DNA from: a virus
Taxonomy: Duplodnaviria; Caudoviricetes
IMG/VR virus record: IMGVR_UViG_3300000101_000024
Location: 1-50,489 of that record
DNA: 50,489 nucleotides
Direction: 5' to 3' (one strand)
Part shown: piece after piece, positions 44,499 to 50,489 of the stretch
Numbering within the stretch: position 1 is the first letter of the stretch
Layout of the letters: every line of letters starts with the position of its first letter
Translations under genes and position numbers: made by a program
The notes under the pieces: model-generated
Databases searched by the model: none
Told to the model about the DNA's origin: nothing
What the model saw: the letters and a program-made list of their open reading frames with translations, nothing else

Positions 44499-46121
44499 TT
44501 AAATCTCCTGTTTGTCTTCGTAAAGTATTGACCAGTCTGTCTCTTTGCAGAACAAACCCACTGTCCAACAAACAGGCTCGAATATTTTCCTGTAAATTTT
44601 ACCAAGATAATCTGGCTTGTCTCTTTGACCGTATATGTATGCGATCTCGTTCGCTCGGTGAGAAGCAATGTGTTTCCATAACTTAACACCTTTGCCTTTG
44701 CGGAGTTTCTTAACAACACCAACTGCCCAGAAATGATATCCTGCGACGTGCTGCGGAGTTAAATGCTCTCTGGTAAATTTGTAATCAAGGATTACATCTC
44801 TTGTGGTTAAAAGACCTTGCCTTCTTAGCTCATTACAGATAACCCTTCCAGCGACTTTTTTGATTGCTTTGACAGGTGCTTTAACAATTTTCTTAGCACC
44901 ACTGACGACTGAAGAGCCAAGGTCTTTAATTTCTCCGGCAAGGTCTGAGGCGAGTTGCTTTCTTTTTTCATTAATTTTGGAACCAGCTTTTTGCACTGGT
45001 TCGGCTAGGAATGTTGAAGCAATCCAACCCCCAACTGGTCCAGCAAGAGCTGTTCCTATAGCATAAGCAAAAGCAGCAGACCCTCCTGCCTTAACAGCCT
45101 CAACTGGTTTCATCCCCATAGCTATGTTAATGCCTGTGGAAACAAGAGCCATAGTTCCGGCTTGAGACCAAGTCGATTGCGAGGTAAATCTGTTATTCAC
45201 GCCATCCCAATAAGTCGGTGTTTGGGATCCAGAGCCTATGGCAACAGACCCTCCTTGTGGAGATTTAAGATTTGAACCTGATGCTTTGCCTGATGCTGAA
45301 TCTACTTTTATTCCACTATTTTGCAATGCAGTTTCATTATAAACAATAGAGCCATCGCTCAGAGGTTGACCTGCGGAACCACCTGTTCCTAAATTTGGAG
45401 AATTAAGTTCATTAAATGTATTCAGATTACCAGAGGCAGCAGCTGCTTCTTTAGAAGCAAGTTCTGGTATGAAAACAGAGTCTTTAGGGATGCCCCCAGC
45501 TTTGCTCATGTCCCAACCTGCGTTAAGACTTTTGTTGACTACTTCTCCAGGAAGAGGATCGCCGAAATAAGGGACAGAAGTTTTTCCACCAGCTATTATC
45601 TTATCAGTGATTCCCCCAGCTATATAAGGGTCAGTGATAGCTTGTGCAATGTTTGAACCGACCACACCAGCTGTTTGTGCTGCGATTGGCTTGGCAATAT
45701 CTTCCCAACTAGGAGCACCTGAAGGCAACTGTCCTGTTTCTCGAGCTTCGTTGTATTGATCCACCAGATCTTGATCTATCGGAGATGTTGGGTCGTAAAT
45801 CCTTTCCCCACTTTGAACTTGCTTTGCCCATTCAAAAATAGGCATAGCAGTTGTCCCATAAACATTTTGAAGATTTTGCGGGTCTGGTGGTGTTTGAGAC
45901 TCAACTTGGAAAACTGGGTAATTAAATGCACCCGACGATCCAGGAGGCAATTCAGGAGTGAACCCTTGATTCATAGATCTGAGGACTGTTGGGTCGACTG
46001 TTGGGTCTATCTTTCTAGGTTGGCCATATTTGTCAAGACCTCCTAGTGCTCCTATGCCTTCTGTGCCTTCTGTGCCTTTTACTATATCTGTCTCAGACAG
46101 GTTGTATGGATTGACTGCCAT
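44499..46121 (-). CDS. Putative internal virion protein with C-terminal VIC.EL...GY..WA domain
   Basis: Glycine-zipper hydrophobic segment then RVICNEL...GYHFWA. Confidence 0.55.
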   Translation of the reverse strand: MAVNPYNLSETDIVKGTEGTEGIGALGGLDKYGQPRKIDPTVDPTVLRSMNQGFTPELPPGSSGAFNYPVFQVESQTPPDPQNLQNVYGTTAMPIFEWAKQVQSGERIYDPTSPIDQDLVDQYNEARETGQLPSGAPSWEDIAKPIAAQTAGVVGSNIAQAITDPYIAGGITDKIIAGGKTSVPYFGDPLPGEVVNKSLNAGWDMSKAGGIPKDSVFIPELASKEAAAASGNLNTFNELNSPNLGTGGSAGQPLSDGSIVYNETALQNSGIKVDSASGKASGSNLKSPQGGSVAIGSGSQTPTYWDGVNNRFTSQSTWSQAGTMALVSTGINIAMGMKPVEAVKAGGSAAFAYAIGTALAGPVGGWIASTFLAEPVQKAGSKINEKRKQLASDLAGEIKDLGSSVVSGAKKIVKAPVKAIKKVAGRVICNELRRQGLLTTRDVILDYKFTREHLTPQHVAGYHFWAVGVVKKLRKGKGVKLWKHIASHRANEIAYIYGQRDKPDYLGKIYRKIFEPVCWTVGLFCKETDWSILYEDKQEI

Positions 46122-46369
46122 TAGCTTATTATTCCTTTTCCTTTAAGATCAGTTATCAGCGTGCCCAAAACATCTGCTAGTTCAGCTGTTGTTGTTGAGT
46201 TTGCATCGTAGGCTCTATCCAGAGTCACATTAGAAACATCGTAAAAACTCGGTGAAGCAGTTGAATTTAACTCTTTTATCTGCAACTCCAAAGTATTAAT
46301 AAGCCTATCAGCCCAGTTCTGGCTCCAATCAACAGGAGGTGTTGGTAGTTTTGTGTTCAGTTTACTCAT
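46121..46369 (-). CDS. Small tail-associated protein
   Basis: LP.PP..W N-terminus and LGTLITDLK.KGII end; follows tail hub gene. Confidence 0.55.
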   Translation of the reverse strand: MSKLNTKLPTPPVDWSQNWADRLINTLELQIKELNSTASPSFYDVSNVTLDRAYDANSTTTAELADVLGTLITDLKGKGIIS

Positions 46370-48246
46370 CTTAAACCATCCTGTCTCATGTTAACTCTAA
46401 AATCACCCAACTCCCAAGATTCATTGGTTCCTGTGTTCTCGAATTTAAGAGCCATCTGTCTGCCTTTTGCACGAACACTTATTTTATTAGAATCTGATGT
46501 AAATGGAAATGGTCCTTTTGTCACAGTCGAAGCATTTGGGTATTTTTCTGAGGTTATTGTTAGGTTAAGACTGCCTGTCATCGTTGCATCGGGTATAACT
46601 TTATCAACTAACATTAAAAAATCACCATCTTGCGACATCTCTACCACAGAACTCTGTATATAAGCAGAAAGTGCTGAGCCGTCCGCATTGCTGGTTGTTT
46701 CATGATTGTATTGATAGCCGTCATAAGTGAACGCGAATGGCAACTGGCGAGTTCCGAGGGAATCATGCCAACAAGTTCTGGGCATAGTTCCGATTGACCA
46801 AACTTTTAACTCATAATTGAACGTAACATAAGAGGTTGGCTCTGGATCTGTTGGGTTGTTCGCAACTTCTTCATTGGTTACATAGAACCAAGTCACTTCA
46901 TTAAATTTTTTGTTATGAGCTACGAAAGATTTCTCTGAATAAGTTAACGCCATCCTGTCAAAAACAAAAAACTTCACTGAGCAAGGTATTTCAGCCATAG
47001 CTCCGTTGTAGAAAAAGAATGTGTCTCTGCCCATCCAATAAATATCACCATCAACATTAGCCACAACGTTTTTGCCTGCAGCACCACAATTGGTTCCTAA
47101 AAGCCTGAAGCTGAAAGTAAAAGGTGGTCCTACAAAATTCATCCCGTAAACAGCTTCATCAGTCGTTATGAACATCTCATCCCGAGTCGGAGTCATAGAG
47201 ATTATTCTAGTCCCTATCTCCAAACGCTGATCACCAGCTGTATTGGTGTCTGTTGGAGTCCAATCTTTAAAATCTTCTTGGTCGGACCATCGCACAAGCA
47301 TCGGATCTTGATCACCACCACCCAAAGGTGTACAACCACCACAAACCAAGTGCCTATCAGGGAAAGAAACTGCTGCCACCCGACTTTTGGCAGGGACATC
47401 AGAAGCACCACCCAAGCCAGAAACAAGAGTTGCGGCTGAAGGGAATCCACCAGACAAGTCCCAATAATAAAGTGCACCATTACGTACCAATGCAATTAAA
47501 TCTTCACCCCAAGTCACAAGAGACCATTGAGAGTTTTCAGTGCTTCCTGCACTTATTGTCCTCGGAGTTCCCCAAGTTGAGTCTCCCCAAGACGACACTC
47601 CCCATCCTGCATTTTGTATTGATGTGCCTGTTCCTAGTGCTGCAGCAGCACCTATCTTATAAGTCGCGGTTATTGTGCCTCCTGCAGACCCAGAGGAGGT
47701 CGCTGCAGTGCCGAAGTCAACAGTGTAAGAGTTTGCATCAATAACAGTCAACTGATAGCCGTAAACGTCGTTAATCGTGGCTGCAGAAATTCCATTGGTT
47801 GCTCCTGCTCCTGAAAAAACCACCCAATCTCCTGTTGTAGCTCCATGGCTTGTATCTGCGACAGTTACAACAGAGCTCCCACTCACAGTTGTTAGTGGAT
47901 TTGAAAGTCCAGCTTGTGTTGCTCTGACAGGAGTTATATCGTAGAGCAAAAGCTGATAAACAATATAAAGATGATTGTCTGTACCAACAGCCAAATAACC
48001 TTGCCCATCAGACAAAGCACTCCAAAAATTAAGGTTGCGTGGCACTCCGTATGGTCTGACTGGGTCTGTGTAGCCATTAATGCTATGGTACATTATCTCT
48101 TGAGCCCAACCACCGATCTTTTGCGCATAGCCATTAACAAATCTGACTTTGTCGCCATCTGTCCAAAACGGACCATTTTTACCAGCACTGTAAGGTGTTA
48201 TGTCTTTTACTATCCCAGCATTAAATTTTAAAAGTTTCAGAGGCAT
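46366..48246 (-). CDS. Tail tubular protein B / P22 gp10-like head-closure protein
   Basis: WTDGDKVRF..G...KIGGW, VRWSDQED, NTAG, RGR-like and LG.FR...RQDG.R end; beta-propeller-like. Confidence 0.75.
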   Translation of the reverse strand: MPLKLLKFNAGIVKDITPYSAGKNGPFWTDGDKVRFVNGYAQKIGGWAQEIMYHSINGYTDPVRPYGVPRNLNFWSALSDGQGYLAVGTDNHLYIVYQLLLYDITPVRATQAGLSNPLTTVSGSSVVTVADTSHGATTGDWVVFSGAGATNGISAATINDVYGYQLTVIDANSYTVDFGTAATSSGSAGGTITATYKIGAAAALGTGTSIQNAGWGVSSWGDSTWGTPRTISAGSTENSQWSLVTWGEDLIALVRNGALYYWDLSGGFPSAATLVSGLGGASDVPAKSRVAAVSFPDRHLVCGGCTPLGGGDQDPMLVRWSDQEDFKDWTPTDTNTAGDQRLEIGTRIISMTPTRDEMFITTDEAVYGMNFVGPPFTFSFRLLGTNCGAAGKNVVANVDGDIYWMGRDTFFFYNGAMAEIPCSVKFFVFDRMALTYSEKSFVAHNKKFNEVTWFYVTNEEVANNPTDPEPTSYVTFNYELKVWSIGTMPRTCWHDSLGTRQLPFAFTYDGYQYNHETTSNADGSALSAYIQSSVVEMSQDGDFLMLVDKVIPDATMTGSLNLTITSEKYPNASTVTKGPFPFTSDSNKISVRAKGRQMALKFENTGTNESWELGDFRVNMRQDGLR

Positions 48247-48696
48247 TTAAACTATCTCAAAGTGTGGTGCATCAATAAAAGGTCTTCTCCCTTGAGATCT
48301 CCTTAAATCAATGTACTCGTTCATAAGATCTTCAGAACTCATGTTCGAATTGGTTAAGTTTTTATGCCAAGCAGCACCCCAACGCAACTCAATGTCTAGC
48401 TCTTCTGCTGCTTGACCCATAGCATCTGCTATTTCATCATAAACTTGAAGCTCCCAAGAGACTCTTGGTCCTATGTAAGCAACCAGATCAACTGCATTCC
48501 CTGTTATGTGTTTGCTTTTAAGAGTTTGACTCGCTCCACGATCATAAAGCTCTTGCTGTTTCTCTGCAGTTCGCAAACCCTCTGTGACTCCGAAATCAAC
48601 TTCCGTTATGTTTATTGCACGATTAACAACATCAATTAAATCTTTATTGATGCCTTGTAGTTTGGAGATACTGCGTTTTGATAACTTAAACGCCAT
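48247..48696 (-). CDS. Endolysin, M15-family peptidase
   Basis: EGLRT..KQ, SKH..G.AVD, RWG..W, DAPHFE. Confidence 0.85.
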   Translation of the reverse strand: MAFKLSKRSISKLQGINKDLIDVVNRAINITEVDFGVTEGLRTAEKQQELYDRGASQTLKSKHITGNAVDLVAYIGPRVSWELQVYDEIADAMGQAAEELDIELRWGAAWHKNLTNSNMSSEDLMNEYIDLRRSQGRRPFIDAPHFEIV

Positions 48697-48698
48697 AT

Positions 48699-48854
48699 TT
48701 ATTTGTCTTTGTTGTTAATCATATCAAAAAGTATTTTTACTTTGTCTTCTAGCACCTTAACTCGTATAGTTATCTCTGCACGAAAAGCTATAGCTATAGC
48801 AGCTACTGCAATAAATCCTGATATAACAGGCCAAAAATCCATAAAGCTATTCAT
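48699..48854 (-). CDS. Small single-TM protein (51 aa)
   Basis: Manual: MNSFMDFWPVISGFIAVAAIAIAFRAEITIRVKVLEDKVKILF... Confidence 0.55.
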   Translation of the reverse strand: MNSFMDFWPVISGFIAVAAIAIAFRAEITIRVKVLEDKVKILFDMINNKDK

Positions 48855-49256
48855 TTACTTAGCCACGTGTTTATATTTCTCAAAACTACGAAGTCCACCT
48901 AGCCCTAACATGCCCATCAACACAGTCATTAACTGCCCCATGTCAAACTCAGGTAAAGCAGGGATCTCCATGCCGTAGGCAGCAACGATAAAAATAGCCA
49001 GAGGCTGAATGACAAAATGATAAGCAAAGGCAGTGCCGCATACCCAACCCACAAAAGGTCTCCAGCCACCTTTCCAAACAGAGCCACTAGCTGCTTCCGC
49101 TTTGTTGACTTCAACTTGTGCGAGAGCGAGTTCTTGCGCGTGCCTGTCCGCCATCGTTGAAATCTCATGTGCTAATGCTGCTTTCTGATCTTTATCTTCA
49201 ACAAACTTGTCTAAAAGCCCTGTTACAGGGCCAATAAGTGCATTAAGTAGAGCCAT
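48855..49256 (-). CDS. Holin (3TM / GTA-holin-like)
   Basis: D.DQKA.L, N..EA, GWRPFVGW, GMLGLGGLRSFEK. Confidence 0.8.
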   Translation of the reverse strand: MALLNALIGPVTGLLDKFVEDKDQKAALAHEISTMADRHAQELALAQVEVNKAEAASGSVWKGGWRPFVGWVCGTAFAYHFVIQPLAIFIVAAYGMEIPALPEFDMGQLMTVLMGMLGLGGLRSFEKYKHVAK

Positions 49257-49265
49257 GCTATCTCC

Positions 49266-49403
49266 TTACCGATCACACTTGCAAACATTAATGAATTTAG
49301 ATATTAACCAAACGAATGCTTGTTTGATTTTAATAAAAATCCAAGTGAAAATATCTTTTACTGTTTTTAAAACAAAAACTAAGCTCTTTAATAATTTACT
49401 CAT
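49266..49403 (-). CDS. Cationic amphipathic peptide (45 aa)
   Basis: Manual: MSKLLKSLVFVLKTVKDIFTWIFIKIKQAFVWLISKFINVCKCDR; AGGAGG RBS. Confidence 0.55.
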   Translation of the reverse strand: MSKLLKSLVFVLKTVKDIFTWIFIKIKQAFVWLISKFINVCKCDR

Positions 49404-49415
49404 TTGAGCCTCCTA

Positions 49416-49625
49416 TTAATTAATTCCAATCATCTTTTTAAAAAATAAAGTTATCAAAGCTCCTATCGCGCCAGCAGAAAACATCATAACGTAAATCCCG
49501 CCTTTGCCTTGATTCAACATGGCATTAACCTCTGACATGTCTTTACGGAGCAGTGCTATCTCAGATCTGAGATTTTTAACGTCTGCTTGCAGTGCGCCAA
49601 ATTCTTTGCTGCTTATTTTTTCCAT
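49416..49625 (-). CDS. Coiled-coil plus C-terminal TM lysis-associated protein
   Basis: FG.L.A.V..L...N.GKGG followed by TM helix. Confidence 0.55.
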   Translation of the reverse strand: MEKISSKEFGALQADVKNLRSEIALLRKDMSEVNAMLNQGKGGIYVMMFSAGAIGALITLFFKKMIGIN

Positions 49626-49630
49626 ATTAA

Positions 49631-49900
49631 TTATTTGTTCTTTCTTTCTTCAAGTAATTTTACTCTTACTTTAAGGTCGTGTATGTGATTGATCAACTCT
49701 TCTTTCAGATCGTGCCTTGCGAAAGCATTCCCAGGACTAGGGACAATAACTCCTTGTGGAGTTATCAACTGCATTTGATTAGCACGAATTAACTGAATGT
49801 CTGATGTAATCTCCCCAATGCTTGATATCACCCACCACATAGCTCCTAGCAAAACTGGAACTAAACTAGCCAGTGCTTTTGCTATGTCGAAATTTTTCAC
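49631..49900 (-). CDS. Single-TM coiled-coil protein
   Basis: N-terminal TM helix; ends RVKLLE. Confidence 0.55.
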   Translation of the reverse strand: MKNFDIAKALASLVPVLLGAMWWVISSIGEITSDIQLIRANQMQLITPQGVIVPSPGNAFARHDLKEELINHIHDLKVRVKLLEERKNK

Positions 49901-50442
49901 TACTCAGGCCAATTTTGAGAGCTGACAATGCTTATGAAATCAGTCATATTCGATGCAGCTCCGATAGCATCTTCTAGTCTCGAGCACTCAGCTACTATAG
50001 CAGCACGTTGAGTGACGGTTGCCGAAGGTATTGCCACATCTCTTTCAACTTTACGAGTCACCATCCAATCAGTCTGAGCTAGCATCGTACCTGCTGTGTG
50101 TTTAACCTGTGCTGTCCAAGAGTACTTCAAACCTCTAGTCACCAGACGCTCAGTAGTGTCTACCATTACAGGATTTAGTGGATCAGAGTTGTCTAGCTCT
50201 TGCGCCCATAGTGGATCACCGTTCTCATCAACTTCTTCTACATCCTCTAGTGCTTTAGGCAAGGTTGCATCACCATTCCAATAGAACCTGTCATCAGCCC
50301 GTACTGGGTCATCTACCCAAGTGATACCAACCGCAGTCTTCTCATCTTCAGTTGATCTTTGTAGCCAGTTGGATGGATAGACTGTGCCACCTATCTCGAA
50401 GCTGGAGTTCTGTCTTAGTGCTTTGCTTCCTAAGTAGTACAT
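49900..50442 (-). CDS. Tail fibre assembly/chaperone-like protein
   Basis: YPSNWL...EK.A.GI, D.RFYW, L..TDWMV.R..E, C-terminal WP. Confidence 0.65.
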   Translation of the reverse strand: MYYLGSKALRQNSSFEIGGTVYPSNWLQRSTEDEKTAVGITWVDDPVRADDRFYWNGDATLPKALEDVEEVDENGDPLWAQELDNSDPLNPVMVDTTERLVTRGLKYSWTAQVKHTAGTMLAQTDWMVTRKVERDVAIPSATVTQRAAIVAECSRLEDAIGAASNMTDFISIVSSQNWPE

Positions 50443-50444
50443 AA

Positions 50445-50489
50445 TTACCTCGCGTTAGAATTCTTAAATGGGTTTTCGGCAAATGCCAT
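50445..50489 (-). CDS. C-terminal fragment of tail fibre/RBP gene
   Basis: Translates MAFAENPFKNSNAR*, the typical C-terminus of the LamG-type fibre family begun at 757. Confidence 0.7.
   Translation of the reverse strand: MAFAENPFKNSNAR

Larger units (their letters stand above)
1..50489. mobile_element. Near-complete dsDNA tailed phage genome (podovirus-like, apparently lytic)
   Basis: Terminase, portal, capsid, tail, lysis and replication genes in two strand blocks; no host housekeeping genes, integrase or tape measure recognised. Confidence 0.95.

Noticed and set aside
986-50284. Many opposite-strand or nested ORFs in the track (e.g. 3034..3570+, 13843..14349+, 20753..21154-, 42125..42532+, 44489..44722-)
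   Set aside because: They shadow well-supported genes and lack RBS or recognisable motifs
1-50489. tRNA, rRNA, introns or inteins
   Set aside because: No cloverleaf recognised in the short intergenic gaps; TerL, DnaE and helicases are of normal length and uninterrupted

Overview
The window is a near-complete ~50.5 kb genome of a tailed, probably lytic, podovirus-like phage; its gene content resembles marine alpha/beta-proteobacterial phages. No integrase, RNA polymerase or tape measure gene was recognised. Both ends fall inside one tail-fibre gene, so the genome is probably circularly permuted with a gap there. The minus-strand late module runs TerS-TerL-portal, a ~6 kb cluster of odd 'cargo' and basic genes, GroES, scaffold, major capsid, adaptors and fibres, then wraps round to lysis, tail and ejection genes. 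The plus-strand module encodes an SSB-like protein, AEP-like primase, UvrD, a DEDDh exonuclease, a family-C (DnaE) polymerase, an SNF2 helicase and a PD-(D/E)xK nuclease. The most notable signal is a candidate undescribed thymidine-hypermodification system: a Glf-like flavoenzyme, a ThyX homologue that appears to lack folate-site residues, a HAD phosphatase and an Nmad1/DUF6378-like protein beside DnaE. Independent support comes from a genome-wide bias in which T-free palindromes (GGCC, CCGG, GCGC) occur almost only with a 5' T. Also notable are six repeated sigma70 promoter-RBS cassettes (five with a hairpin) and putative injected proteins sharing short motifs. All family calls come from motifs recognised by eye and all counts are manual; no searches were run.
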